Under the pieces are notes generated by a model. It had not been told where the DNA came from, searched no databases, and worked only from the letters and a program-made list of their open reading frames with translations. A stretch of DNA of 64,000 nt, taken from a virus (Duplodnaviria; Heunggongvirae; Uroviricota; Caudoviricetes). The number at the start of each line of letters is the position of its first letter. Position 1 is the first letter of the stretch. The DNA is taken from positions 19,450 through 83,449 of the IMG/VR virus record IMGVR_UViG_3300009551_000045; one strand, 5' to 3'. Positions 9,708 to 19,821 of this stretch are shown here, one piece after another. The position numbers were made by a program, and so were the translations under genes.

Positions 9708-11901
9708 TTATATAACTTTTACAGAGTTCAATAATTTTATTTAAATCCCCTATAGTTTTTTTAACTAATGGACTACTATTTTCTTTTATTTTTAAAGGTT
9801 TATATAAATTTTCTTTCAATTTCACATCCTGGTAATCAGCTTTCTCAGGAGCAGTATTTCCTTCGTATTCTTCACCTAAATGATCTTCTCTTTCTTTATA
9901 TCTTTTAATAAGATCATTAAATAATGGATGATCTTTTAACTTTTCTTCTCCACCTTTGGATTTAAAATCCTTATATGATAATCCACTAATAGCTTTATTA
10001 ATTAAATCGGCTTGTATTTTTTTATCAGACGTTTCTTTAGCCTTATCTAAATACATTCTAATTTTAGCAAATGAAGTTAATGAACGATCACCGGATTCTT
10101 GCTCCTTTACTTTCTTCATTCCAGAAGCAAAATCTTTCACTGCAGTCTTAGCATCCTTACCGGCACTATGACTTGCTTTAAAATCTTTCTCATAATGTTT
10201 AAAGATCTTCTCAGCGGCTTTCTCATCTGTTTTTAAAGCTGTCTGCAAGATTGATACCACTGATTTCTTCCAGGTATCAAAATCACCTACAGTAACTCGT
10301 TCGTTAGTAGGTTTTGCTTCCTTATCAATAAATACTATTTTACCATTGGTATCAATACCAAACAATTCTGGTCTTTTTGTAACGGCATTTTCTATATCCT
10401 TTTTTACAAATCCTTTTATAAGATTAGAATCATCTGGATCTTTTATAGCTGAAGAAGACCAAGTTTTAATACTTCCACCCAGTTTTTCTTCAACTTTGTC
10501 TTCAAGATCAGTAAGCTCTTCTGCACTCATTTTATTTAGAGGTTCAGCAAATATTTCTTTTGCTTTTTTAATAGCTTCCTTATTAGATTTATCTATTTGG
10601 TATAGTTTACCAATTCCACCGATAGTTGATAAAGTTAGAAGACCTCCAGTAACCCAACTTTTCCAACCTTCATCTAATTTTGCAGATTCGTTAGTACTAA
10701 ATGCATCTTTTTCAGGTTTTACTGAAAGATCCTTATGTCCAGATAAATAAGCTTGAACTTTTGTAAAAAGTTCTTTAGATCTTGATCTATCTTGTCCACC
10801 TGGATCATGCTTAATAATATCTAAAGCATATTTACATTTTTCTATTGCTTTATTTTTATCCCCATCAACTTGATTTAAAATTTTATCAGCGGTTTTTTTA
10901 ATCTCATCAAACGATAAAATTTCTTCTTTCAATTTACCAGATTCAGAAAGTATCTGACGCAGTTCCTTACGGATCTGTTCCTTCAGCTTCATCACCTTAA
11001 CACCCTTTGGTTTACCGTTGGCGCGTTCTTTATTACTAGATGTAACATTGGATTTATCTTTACCTTTGTTTACATTCTTCATTTGACCAACTTTATCTTT
11101 CAATTCAATGCTATTCTTAATGTTCTTAGCTGCTGGAATATTCTCGTCTTTCTTAGGAGCTTTCTTACCTTTGGTATCTCCTGGTTTCTTGCTGAATAAT
11201 TCAGTATAGTAAATAGGATTCTTTGAAACATTACGAAGAGCTATTTCTTTTGCCTTCTCGATATTCTGATCTTTTTGAAGAGCAGGAGATTTTTCATATT
11301 CATACTTCCAACCTTTTCTGAATTCATAAGGATTTACCTGATCAATAGTTAATTCACCTTTTTTAGGTTTCTTTGCCTCATTAATAGATCCTTTCTTTGC
11401 CTTCGCTTTTCTAATAACTTCATCTCTCCAAGCTCTTACTTTATCGATGTCTACTGGATCTTCAATTTCCCAACGTTCTGCCCAATCTTTATGCGTAAGG
11501 ATAGCATTCATAGCTGCTCCTGGTAAATCAAATCCAAGATCATCATTATCGGCAAGAATTTTTCTTATATCAGGATTACCGAATTTTTCGTCTAATTCTT
11601 CATAAAACTCATCATCTTGATAATCTTCTTCCAACTCCTCACCAAACTCAGGAGATTGAGGCATTGCTTCTCCTTTTTCATCTTCATAACTGGCAACATC
11701 TTTCTCTTGAAGAACCATGTCTTCATTGGTAACTTGTTCGCTAATGCAGCATTTTTGTTTTAAGATGAGAATTACATCATTAAGTGAATTAACAGGAGAA
11801 ACAAATTCTTTTAAAAGGGGATCTAATCTTACTTGACGTAAGAAAGCATCTCCGGATATTTGTTTTTTGCAATATTGATTATATATTTCTTGAATTCTCA
11901 T
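9691..11901 (-). CDS. large Lys/Glu-rich protein, possibly an internal head or ejection protein
   Basis: 736 aa with charged low-complexity stretches, located inside the head module. Confidence 0.45.
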   Translation of the reverse strand: MRIQEIYNQYCKKQISGDAFLRQVRLDPLLKEFVSPVNSLNDVILILKQKCCISEQVTNEDMVLQEKDVASYEDEKGEAMPQSPEFGEELEEDYQDDEFYEELDEKFGNPDIRKILADNDDLGFDLPGAAMNAILTHKDWAERWEIEDPVDIDKVRAWRDEVIRKAKAKKGSINEAKKPKKGELTIDQVNPYEFRKGWKYEYEKSPALQKDQNIEKAKEIALRNVSKNPIYYTELFSKKPGDTKGKKAPKKDENIPAAKNIKNSIELKDKVGQMKNVNKGKDKSNVTSSNKERANGKPKGVKVMKLKEQIRKELRQILSESGKLKEEILSFDEIKKTADKILNQVDGDKNKAIEKCKYALDIIKHDPGGQDRSRSKELFTKVQAYLSGHKDLSVKPEKDAFSTNESAKLDEGWKSWVTGGLLTLSTIGGIGKLYQIDKSNKEAIKKAKEIFAEPLNKMSAEELTDLEDKVEEKLGGSIKTWSSSAIKDPDDSNLIKGFVKKDIENAVTKRPELFGIDTNGKIVFIDKEAKPTNERVTVGDFDTWKKSVVSILQTALKTDEKAAEKIFKHYEKDFKASHSAGKDAKTAVKDFASGMKKVKEQESGDRSLTSFAKIRMYLDKAKETSDKKIQADLINKAISGLSYKDFKSKGGEEKLKDHPLFNDLIKRYKEREDHLGEEYEGNTAPEKADYQDVKLKENLYKPLKIKENSSPLVKKTIGDLNKIIELCKSYINDTRK

Positions 11902-12016
11902 TTTAAAATATTTTTATCTTCCTTGACCTTTGTAAGGTTTATTGGATTCATGTTTGTTAAAAGATTTTTTAGCTTTTCCTTTTTTCTTCTTGTTTATTGA
12001 AATTTTTTGCATTATA

Positions 12017-12688
12017 TTAAATTTTTAAATGCCATCTAAAAATATATCCTTGTCTAGTTTGAGTTTTTTTATTACATACATATTGAATTCTTTCACTAGA
12101 ACTATTTATTGATTCTCCCGCTTCTTTTGCAGAAGAAAAAGTTTTAATTATATTACCAACATCATCCAATAAATCTACTTTTCTAGATCTTGGAGCTAAT
12201 TCTCCGGTTTTATTTAAAAATGGTTTATATATTTTATTTCTTTCGGACAAATAAGGTCTTTTTACTCCTTTATTGAGATCTTTGGTAGAAATTTTAATTT
12301 TTTCTATAGTTTCTTTTGTGTGCTTCTTTCCTTTTAATGCTTTCGATATCTTATTCTTAACATTAAGATCTTTAGCTATAGATAACGTTGGGTCTTTGAT
12401 TAGGTTTAAACCATATTCTTTGTTATCATAAAAATAAGTTCCAAATAATTTTATATAAAAGGCTTCCCATGTTCTCAATTCTTTATCACTTATATCATTT
12501 GGAAAAGAGATGGTTATTTTTTGAAAATTATCAAATCCATATTTTTCAGTATGCCTAAAAAATAATTTTTGTCCTTTATGTCTTCTTTTAAGATAATAAG
12601 AATATCTATTCTTTGAATGGAAAGTGCTTCCTACATATCCTCCAATATTATCAGATAATAATAAATTATATAAATATACTTCAGCCAA
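12017..12688 (-). CDS. GIY-YIG homing endonuclease (Seg-like)
   Basis: N-terminal VYLYNLL..GGYVGST...R..H motif set and K-rich NUMOD-like C-terminal repeats (KISKALKGKKHTKETIEKIK). It is inserted between head genes. Confidence 0.75.
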   Translation of the reverse strand: MAEVYLYNLLLSDNIGGYVGSTFHSKNRYSYYLKRRHKGQKLFFRHTEKYGFDNFQKITISFPNDISDKELRTWEAFYIKLFGTYFYDNKEYGLNLIKDPTLSIAKDLNVKNKISKALKGKKHTKETIEKIKISTKDLNKGVKRPYLSERNKIYKPFLNKTGELAPRSRKVDLLDDVGNIIKTFSSAKEAGESINSSSERIQYVCNKKTQTRQGYIFRWHLKI

Positions 12689-12695
12689 TTAATTT

Positions 12696-13265
12696 TTATT
12701 TTTTATATTTTGTTAAATTATTTAAATCATCATCTTTCATATCAGTGCTTACTCCATATATATTCCTAGTAAACATCCACATTGCATGTAAATGAATATC
12801 TAATTTGTGATACTTAGAAGATATAGTTCTTCCTAAATTCTTTAAATCATTCTCCCCATTATCATACATGTCTTCAGCAATATTCTCACAATTATCATAT
12901 ATATCAGTTACTTTATTTTGAAGTTTCTCAATTGTATCAGATATTTTATCAAGTTTATCTTCTCCTCCTTGTTCCAATAAATCTCCTAAAGAAAATCCCT
13001 GTACTATATTAAATAAACGTTCTGCCTGTGATTGATAATTAGAAAAATCTTTATCATATTGTTCAAGTAAAGATTTAGCTTTGTCCGGGGTATAAGAAAC
13101 ATCCTCCTTTATCTTCTTTCTATTAATTTTCTTTCTATCAAAAGTTTTTGGAGTAGCATATTGTTCTCCTTGTCCAGGTGAAAATGAAGCCCCTGTTCCT
13201 GTAGCAGATTCTTCATCTATAGATTTAAGTATCTCAGATAATGATATATTATTTTTCTTGGACAT
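12696..13265 (-). CDS. prohead-core-like protein sharing the capsid-protein N-terminal motif
   Basis: 189 aa. SIDEE/SATGTGASFSPGQGEQYATP closely matches the MCP segment LVAE/ASQTGTGASFAAGQGEQWAG. Confidence 0.5.
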   Translation of the reverse strand: MSKKNNISLSEILKSIDEESATGTGASFSPGQGEQYATPKTFDRKKINRKKIKEDVSYTPDKAKSLLEQYDKDFSNYQSQAERLFNIVQGFSLGDLLEQGGEDKLDKISDTIEKLQNKVTDIYDNCENIAEDMYDNGENDLKNLGRTISSKYHKLDIHLHAMWMFTRNIYGVSTDMKDDDLNNLTKYKK

Positions 13266-14100
13266 TTATTTCATCAATTAATTGATAATAATTAAATAGA
13301 TTTATAATATGTTCTTCCGTTACTACCTTACTTGTTGGAATTTCAGAGACAATCTCAGCTACCTGCTTAATTTTAATTTGACGAACAGGATCTTTAATAC
13401 CTTCACATAAAGTCAATAGAGACGATTTAACCTGGGAAAATTCCTGATTGATATAATCTCTCAATTTATTAGTTGTAGTGATATTATTGATATATTCCCT
13501 CAATAAAGCCTTTTGTTTAGAACTTAAAGAAGTTTCATACTTCTCATTGAACCGTTCTATCAATTTTTGATAAATCAGGTGTCTGGTGCCTCTATCTACT
13601 TTATTCAACTCTTCAATAATAACATCCTTAGATTCTGAATTATTACCAGTTATATGTTCAAAAAGAGTGTATTTAAAATCTGATATTGATTTAGGATTTA
13701 TGATATCTTTAGAATTATCGGATTCAAAGAGAAGATATGCAGAAGCATAAAGTTTGTAATTATCTATTTTTGCCTTAAAAAAATTATCTATATCATAGTT
13801 ATCTTTTATTTCAGATACTAATTTATATTTTTCTGTTTTTAATTTGGATTGATTTAACTTTCTCTGAGATTCTAACACACTATTGATAAGTATATTGGCT
13901 TTTATTTCACTTAAACCTCTTGTATTACTAAGAGTTTTATAAATTTTATATTCCTTGGCCAATTCAGTATTATTGAAATTCTTTTTAATGATATCCAATG
14001 CTTTAGAATTTTTATTTTCAAGCGTGTCTGCCGTAACTTGTCTTACGAGAAGCTCGAATATTATTCCTGTATTTTTTAACTTTGAGTGCTTTAATTTCAT
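13249..14100 (-). CDS. hypothetical head-module protein
   Basis: 283-aa ORF between the portal and the core-like protein. Confidence 0.45.
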   Translation of the reverse strand: MKLKHSKLKNTGIIFELLVRQVTADTLENKNSKALDIIKKNFNNTELAKEYKIYKTLSNTRGLSEIKANILINSVLESQRKLNQSKLKTEKYKLVSEIKDNYDIDNFFKAKIDNYKLYASAYLLFESDNSKDIINPKSISDFKYTLFEHITGNNSESKDVIIEELNKVDRGTRHLIYQKLIERFNEKYETSLSSKQKALLREYINNITTTNKLRDYINQEFSQVKSSLLTLCEGIKDPVRQIKIKQVAEIVSEIPTSKVVTEEHIINLFNYYQLIDEINVQEK

Positions 14101-14132
14101 CGAAAAAGTTATTTCTTTATATAAATATCGAA

Positions 14133-15983
14133 TTAGGATATATCCTTTATAGTAGATTCTGATAGAACGCCTTCGTAATCATCCTCTTCTTTTTTATTAT
14201 AATCTTCGAACAATACCACTTTCCTGGCTCCTCTTAAACGAGTAAGTTTTTTTCCTTCAAGTTTAAATGGTCCATTACCCGATTGTTGTTGAGTGGGTTT
14301 TCCGGGATGATATGGTTCTAATGCATCTTTCTTTCCAAGTGGATCTCTCCCATGAGGACTATCATCTGTTCCAATAGTAGAAGCTTTTTCTTTAGGTCTA
14401 CCTGGTTTATCTTCATCATAACCATCTGGTACTTCTCCTTTTGTATAACTTGGTCCATATAGAGCTGCAATATCATGAGGTGTGCCATAGGATTCTCCTG
14501 TAACAACAGGATCATTACCTTCCGTAGCAATTTGTTCATATCTGAATGCTCTTTTTTGATCCTCTACAAGAAGCTCTCTTTCTGTAAGTATTTGATCTTC
14601 GGACATTCCAAATATATTTGACATGATCCAATCTGTAGAAAGAACCCTTCCTTCCATGGCTTGTCTTGCCAAATCTATTTGCTCTTTCAAAAGAGCGATC
14701 TTCTCCTGTTTGTATATAATAGATGGAATGGTAAGAGAAAGCTCGAAATTATCCATATCCGCTTCTTCGAAGCCTTGAGTATATAAATGGATAAGTGCTA
14801 TCTTACGAAGCTCACTAAGAACAATATCTTGAATAGTCTCTATAGTTCTGCTAAAATTTATACCAATACCAGCTAAAGTTGATTTACCATTTATATCTTG
14901 AGTATAATTAAGACGATCCTTTGGCACTTTAAGAGCTGCTAACATTTTATCTCTCATATAAGCAACGTCATCCATACCGCTATACTGAAGTCCAGGAGCG
15001 GTATCTATTTTAGTACTGACATCATTACCTCTTACTGGTATGAAATAATCTTCAATCATGTTTTGAACATTGAATTTTAGATTATAATCACCGGTATTTT
15101 CATCAACATAAGGAGTTCTACGCATCGATTGAATAACCTTCTGCATAGCATTATCTACTTCATTTGGAGGAATATTACCTACATTTACATAAAATATGCG
15201 TTTATCTGATGATCTTGTAATACGATGAAGAAGAACTGCATCTTCTAAAAGAACCATTTGCTTGAATAGCTTCCTTGCAGGTTCCAGGTAGCTTCGTCCA
15301 TAAGGAAGCATATTAGGATCAGATAATAACCTGAAGTGAGCTACTTCATAGTTCTCATACTTCTCTTTATCATACATTCCAGCATTACCACCTGCCAAGG
15401 CTACAGGATCAACTCTAAAACACACATAAGCGGGATTACCTGGATCCTTACCTTCTTCTCTGATGATATCATATACAGAAAAAGGATTTACATTATAAAC
15501 ACCGAATTTCTCCGCGATCTGTAGCTTAAGATAAAAATCCCCGTATTTACACAGAGATCTTATCCACATAGGAAGATTAAATTTTATATTTAAAACGTCA
15601 TAGAAAAGATTATAAAGAATTGCCTGGATATTTTCATTGGAGCTCTTAATAGAAAGCATTTCTCCTGTTTCACTCTTACCAGTAGCATCTCCGGATATAA
15701 TATCCAAACAAGCGGCAACGATTGGATCGGTATCCATCGCTTCATAATCAGAATAGAGTTGTAAACGAAGCGTTTGATAGTTGAGAGTAGGATTGTATTG
15801 CATCCTAGCACCTGCTTTGTGCAAACGAGTAAATCTATCGATTAGTGAATTACTTTGTACTAAACCGAAAGATTGTATCTTGTCTATATCTATTACATGT
15901 AGATTTTTCCCACCTACATTTCGTATAATTATATCGGTGCTGAAGAGGCGTTTTAACCGAGGAAAAAGTGAACGGTCAGGCAT
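14133..15983 (-). CDS. portal protein (T4 gp20-like)
   Basis: 616 aa. LLEDAVLLHRITRSSDKRIFYVNVGNIP...MIEDYFIPVRG...TAPG...AYMRDKMLAALKVP matches the gp20 block [28 protein letters not shown]...TEDYWL...TLPG...ALYMALRVP. Confidence 0.9.
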   Translation of the reverse strand: MPDRSLFPRLKRLFSTDIIIRNVGGKNLHVIDIDKIQSFGLVQSNSLIDRFTRLHKAGARMQYNPTLNYQTLRLQLYSDYEAMDTDPIVAACLDIISGDATGKSETGEMLSIKSSNENIQAILYNLFYDVLNIKFNLPMWIRSLCKYGDFYLKLQIAEKFGVYNVNPFSVYDIIREEGKDPGNPAYVCFRVDPVALAGGNAGMYDKEKYENYEVAHFRLLSDPNMLPYGRSYLEPARKLFKQMVLLEDAVLLHRITRSSDKRIFYVNVGNIPPNEVDNAMQKVIQSMRRTPYVDENTGDYNLKFNVQNMIEDYFIPVRGNDVSTKIDTAPGLQYSGMDDVAYMRDKMLAALKVPKDRLNYTQDINGKSTLAGIGINFSRTIETIQDIVLSELRKIALIHLYTQGFEEADMDNFELSLTIPSIIYKQEKIALLKEQIDLARQAMEGRVLSTDWIMSNIFGMSEDQILTERELLVEDQKRAFRYEQIATEGNDPVVTGESYGTPHDIAALYGPSYTKGEVPDGYDEDKPGRPKEKASTIGTDDSPHGRDPLGKKDALEPYHPGKPTQQQSGNGPFKLEGKKLTRLRGARKVVLFEDYNKKEEDDYEGVLSESTIKDIS

Positions 15984-16133
15984 TAATTAATAATTTTATT
16001 TTTCCAAATAAATCCCATTGTCTGTTTTTTCTCTTCTCTACAACATGATCTAATGTGACCAATGTTGTAACCAAGTTCTCTATTGCCATGTATTATATAT
16101 CTTTATACGTATATAAATATTTAAAAACCAATG

Positions 16134-17831
16134 TCAAATCAACCAGGAACAATCTTCTTCTCGATTTCCTACCTTAAATTTGAAAGGATCGACTTTTGGT
16201 TTGATAATTCGGGGTTGTGGATCATCGGTAGGTCTTTTGTATTCATTGCCTATTATAGTGCTAGGTTGTATCGTATTATTCATTGATCCTCTTCTCATTA
16301 CGATATTATCTAGCATTGCAGCTGTGGCCTTTTTCCCTTCCATACTGAATCGGATAGCCGTATCACGTAAGAATCCAAAAATACCTTTGATTACAGTTAA
16401 ATCGTCATTGGATCCTTTCTGAGCCTTGGCTTTACCATTCGGGAACCAAATAAAAGTTCTCCATTCGTTTATAGATCTTTCAGAATGAACTATCAACACT
16501 TTCTTTTCAACCATTTGTATAAATGAATTGATAACTAATGGTCTGAATTTAACATTGGTAGAGAAGCCTGGAACCATTTTGGAGGTATCATTATCATAAT
16601 TACGTTGTAAATAAGTTTCAGCGTCCATTACCATACCTTCTTTTGGAGAATAATATAAATTGAGATATTTAGCTGAAACTGCATCTTTTACAACTGCCCA
16701 TCCAATACTTTCGCGTTCGATAACAACGAGTCCTTCGTTGTATTCATATCCTAATTGAAGAATAATACTGGGGAAATCATCAGTATCGGGTTGTCCTTTA
16801 TATTCAGCTACCTGTTCACAAGAGTGTATATCATATACATCTATAGTAGAGTAATCAGTTCCATCTCCTCTAGCAACGTCACATATTAAAGCATAACTTC
16901 TTCCAGGTTCTGGATACTTAAATATCCATATATTTGAGAGAGGTCCTCTCATTTCTATTGGAGGGCGTTTATGAGTTTTGTCATACCATTCAATCACCTC
17001 TGGTGAAATAACTGTGTCACCAGATGCTGCAAAATTACAATCACACTCCTGTCTTGCAAGACGTTCTCCTAATTCATCTGTCTGATGATCTCTCCAACGC
17101 TGGTCTCTCTTTGGATGAACTGTCCATGGTAATTCTACAGGAACGAACATTTTCTTTCTCTCATATTCATCTCGAGGTGTTTTTTCTCTAGCTTCTGTAT
17201 GTTTTTTATAAAACCAACCTCCAACACCATTAGGTGTAGAAAGTATAACAGCCATACCATCTGTGGTATCCAATGTAGATTGAGCACCACCCCATAATTC
17301 TTCAGCATTATCAATATAAGCAGCTTCATCTAAAAATAATATATGGGCAGTAAAACCGCGGGCAGATTTTGAATCACCGGATGCAGCTTGTATTGAAGAA
17401 CCGTTCTCCAATACTAAATACAATTCATTATTTTTAGTGTAAGGGAATTTACGTTTTAACCATGAAGGTAATTCATCATAAGCAAATTGAACTTTATCTA
17501 ATATAATCTTAGCCTTTTCTTGAGTAGGAGCAAGACACATTATTTTCTTATCTCTGTGGAATAATATATACCACAGAGCATATGCAGCACACACCGTTGT
17601 TATTCCAATCTGACGGGATTTAAGAATAGATATTCTTTTATATTTGTCAGTCTTGAATAGATTAACTAATTTGGTCTGGAAATCGAATGTTGAAAAAAGC
17701 ATTCTGCCTTCTTCAGCCTGAATATAAACATATTTGTTTATAAAATAAACAGGATCAGTTTCACATCTTGTATATTCAAGAGCTATAAGTTCTTTGGTAC
17801 CCAGTTGAGATATATCTTTCATAGCTGGCAT
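16134..17831 (-). CDS. terminase large subunit (gp17-like)
   Basis: Walker A ILKSRQIGITT, Walker B ILFLDEAAY, and a C-terminal nuclease-like acidic region. Confidence 0.9.
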   Translation of the reverse strand: MPAMKDISQLGTKELIALEYTRCETDPVYFINKYVYIQAEEGRMLFSTFDFQTKLVNLFKTDKYKRISILKSRQIGITTVCAAYALWYILFHRDKKIMCLAPTQEKAKIILDKVQFAYDELPSWLKRKFPYTKNNELYLVLENGSSIQAASGDSKSARGFTAHILFLDEAAYIDNAEELWGGAQSTLDTTDGMAVILSTPNGVGGWFYKKHTEAREKTPRDEYERKKMFVPVELPWTVHPKRDQRWRDHQTDELGERLARQECDCNFAASGDTVISPEVIEWYDKTHKRPPIEMRGPLSNIWIFKYPEPGRSYALICDVARGDGTDYSTIDVYDIHSCEQVAEYKGQPDTDDFPSIILQLGYEYNEGLVVIERESIGWAVVKDAVSAKYLNLYYSPKEGMVMDAETYLQRNYDNDTSKMVPGFSTNVKFRPLVINSFIQMVEKKVLIVHSERSINEWRTFIWFPNGKAKAQKGSNDDLTVIKGIFGFLRDTAIRFSMEGKKATAAMLDNIVMRRGSMNNTIQPSTIIGNEYKRPTDDPQPRIIKPKVDPFKFKVGNREEDCSWLI

Positions 17832-18259
17832 TATTTAATAATCAATTTTACTATTAGACCTACAGCAATTAAAATTGCTCCATTTCGTTCCCATCTCATG
17901 GTCTTTGCCTGGGATTTATATTCGTTGGATACCGTTTGCTGTAAAGAAGATTTATCATTCAATCCATTTATGATTTGAGATTGAAGTGATAGCTTCTCAT
18001 CAAGAATATTAATTTTTATACTATCTAAATCTATCTGCTTTTTCTGTAGGGCTATAGTACTAATATTGATACTATCCTGTTGTTTCAAATACTTCAAAAA
18101 TTCCAAATCCTTTGCTATACGCATAGCTTTTGAAGATGGAATAGTAACCGGTTTATCAATAGTCTGTGAAATACTTCTGAAGTTCATCAGAAGAATAAGT
18201 ATTAAGAATAGAATCACTTTTTTTTGCAGATTTCTGTATATCTTGAAGTCTAGTTTCAT
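17831..18259 (-). CDS. membrane-anchored coiled-coil protein (candidate small terminase or spanin-like)
   Basis: 142 aa with an N-terminal hydrophobic segment followed by predicted coiled coil. Confidence 0.35.
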   Translation of the reverse strand: MKLDFKIYRNLQKKVILFLILILLMNFRSISQTIDKPVTIPSSKAMRIAKDLEFLKYLKQQDSINISTIALQKKQIDLDSIKINILDEKLSLQSQIINGLNDKSSLQQTVSNEYKSQAKTMRWERNGAILIAVGLIVKLIIK

Positions 18260-18515
18260 TATAACGGATTTTAGTCTTGACTGTATCTATGGCTCTATTA
18301 GTACTATCTAATTTTGGATTAAGACCTATAATTTTCTTTTTCAGACTATCTACTCGAACTTGTAATATTTGTATTTGTTTTACGTTATCAGTAATTGTAG
18401 AACTATCTTGCTTTCTTGAATATAGGATATAAGCTACTAGACCTATAATAATAAATAGTGATATATTCTGACCATTGGAGAAAACTCCTTTTAGCCAGGT
18501 GAGGAAGATTTTCAT
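18156..18515 (-). CDS. membrane-anchored coiled-coil protein
   Basis: 119 aa with an N-terminal TM helix then coiled coil; overlaps the upstream ORF by about 100 nt in another frame. Confidence 0.4.
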   Translation of the reverse strand: MKIFLTWLKGVFSNGQNISLFIIIGLVAYILYSRKQDSSTITDNVKQIQILQVRVDSLKKKIIGLNPKLDSTNRAIDTVKTKIRYNETRLQDIQKSAKKSDSILNTYSSDELQKYFTDY

Positions 18516-18519
18516 AACA

Positions 18520-18963
18520 TTATTTTTTGTTCTTTTGCTTATCTTCCCAATCGCGAAAATTAAGGTTTCCTGAAAGATAGGCTTCCGCTTCTAATTTTCT
18601 TAGATGCTTGTTATTTTGGGTATAATTAGGATCCTTTAGATCATCTACATTAGATTCCTGCATATCACCACGAAGATTTTGACTATGATGCACTAATTCG
18701 TGAGCATATGATCTTAAAATATCTTTAGGATGACGACCTTCGGTAATAAGAGTAATTGATTTATTAGTAGGTTCATATCAGGCTGTCTTTCCAAATACAT
18801 CATTAACAAAAGACTTGTCTTTCAATAATATCACTTTTGGGGCCAGTCTTACTTTTAAACCATTATTTTCCATATACTCTGTAATGGATATAAGCCATGG
18901 AACTAAATCATTATCCTTCTTCGTCTTCTCCATTATCTTCGTCGTTTGTTTCTGGTTCTTCAT
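18520..18963 (-). pseudogene. HExxH-motif protein interrupted by one in-frame TGA (pseudogene, sequencing error or stop-codon readthrough)
   Basis: The 61-aa ORF 18781..18963 ends at TGA 18778..18780. The same frame then stays open for 85 more codons (YEPTNKSITLITEGRHPKDILRSYAHELVHHSQNL...KQKNKK) to TAA at 18520..18522. Confidence 0.45.
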
Positions 18964-19426
18964 CAGGAAGTTCCTGGTCTGTTGAATTATCCGTCTGATT
19001 GTTGGTAGATCCTATTGGCTTTTCACTCAAAGCTTTTCCTATGTAATCTAATGCCTGTAGATATTCAGAACGGTTTCCAAGATTATATTTCTTTCCCATT
19101 ATCTGGCATTGAAAGAAATCTCTCGCTTTGTATTCCTTACTATTTTGAAGTTCTCTCGGTGTAGGATCATATTTCAAATTCATTTTAGACCCATTCTTAA
19201 ATGTAATCTGAAATGTAGTAGGTTTGAATACTATTACTTCTATATCGGATATAAGCTTTTCCAGATCATCCTCTCGGCTATATTCATCCTGAGCTTTAGC
19301 TGTCAAAAGATCTTGGAGAACCAATTTAAGTACCTTAAAACGATTTAATGCATCGCTAACATTAGACGATGCATCATATTCTTCTTTCAATATATCTTTT
19401 AGTATTCCTAATAATTTTATAGCCAT
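18911..19426 (-). CDS. hypothetical protein with an acidic C-terminal tail
   Basis: 171 aa, ending ...DEEPETNDEDNGEDEEG. Confidence 0.45.
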   Translation of the reverse strand: MAIKLLGILKDILKEEYDASSNVSDALNRFKVLKLVLQDLLTAKAQDEYSREDDLEKLISDIEVIVFKPTTFQITFKNGSKMNLKYDPTPRELQNSKEYKARDFFQCQIMGKKYNLGNRSEYLQALDYIGKALSEKPIGSTNNQTDNSTDQELPDEEPETNDEDNGEDEEG

Positions 19427-19821
19427 ATATGAAGAACCCCCAATATTATTAAATTAACTGATTGATATAATTTTGCGTTATATTGAAACAAGAAATTATA
19501 AACTTTGTCTACGATGCTCTTTGGATCTTTACTGACAAAAAATGAATCTCTTTGTTGAAAGAGATTATATGAAATATCAAATGATATCTTTCTTAGTAAG
19601 AAAGAGCAACCAATTAAAAATAGATTCCATGACATTAACCATGAACCAATTCCGGTTAGAATTATATAAACCAATCCCCACCATCCATGTTTTATACTAC
19701 CCGATGTATGATTAGCCAAATCTTTCTTTTCCATATTAGAGTTTATCCTGGCTGTCACAATATTGTATACAACCAGGATAACCTCAATAATATAGATCAT
19801 ATAATGATTCATTGTTACCAA
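19417..19821 (-). CDS. small multi-pass membrane protein (WWGL motif)
   Basis: 134 aa with 3-4 hydrophobic helices and the motif WWGLVYIILTGIG. Confidence 0.45.
   Translation of the reverse strand: MVTMNHYMIYIIEVILVVYNIVTARINSNMEKKDLANHTSGSIKHGWWGLVYIILTGIGSWLMSWNLFLIGCSFLLRKISFDISYNLFQQRDSFFVSKDPKSIVDKVYNFLFQYNAKLYQSVNLIILGVLHIWL

Noticed and set aside
14318-14539. 73-aa minus-strand ORF inside the portal gene, and 15590..15811 similarly
   Set aside because: Alternative-frame ORFs within the strongly supported gp20-like portal gene.
16110-16122. TATAAATA (T4 late-promoter-like) boxes, here and upstream of 45754, 8149 and 31925
   Set aside because: Such A/T octamers are expected by chance in 30%-GC DNA. 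Only the copy upstream of 45389..45754 is well placed. Not called as features without enrichment statistics.
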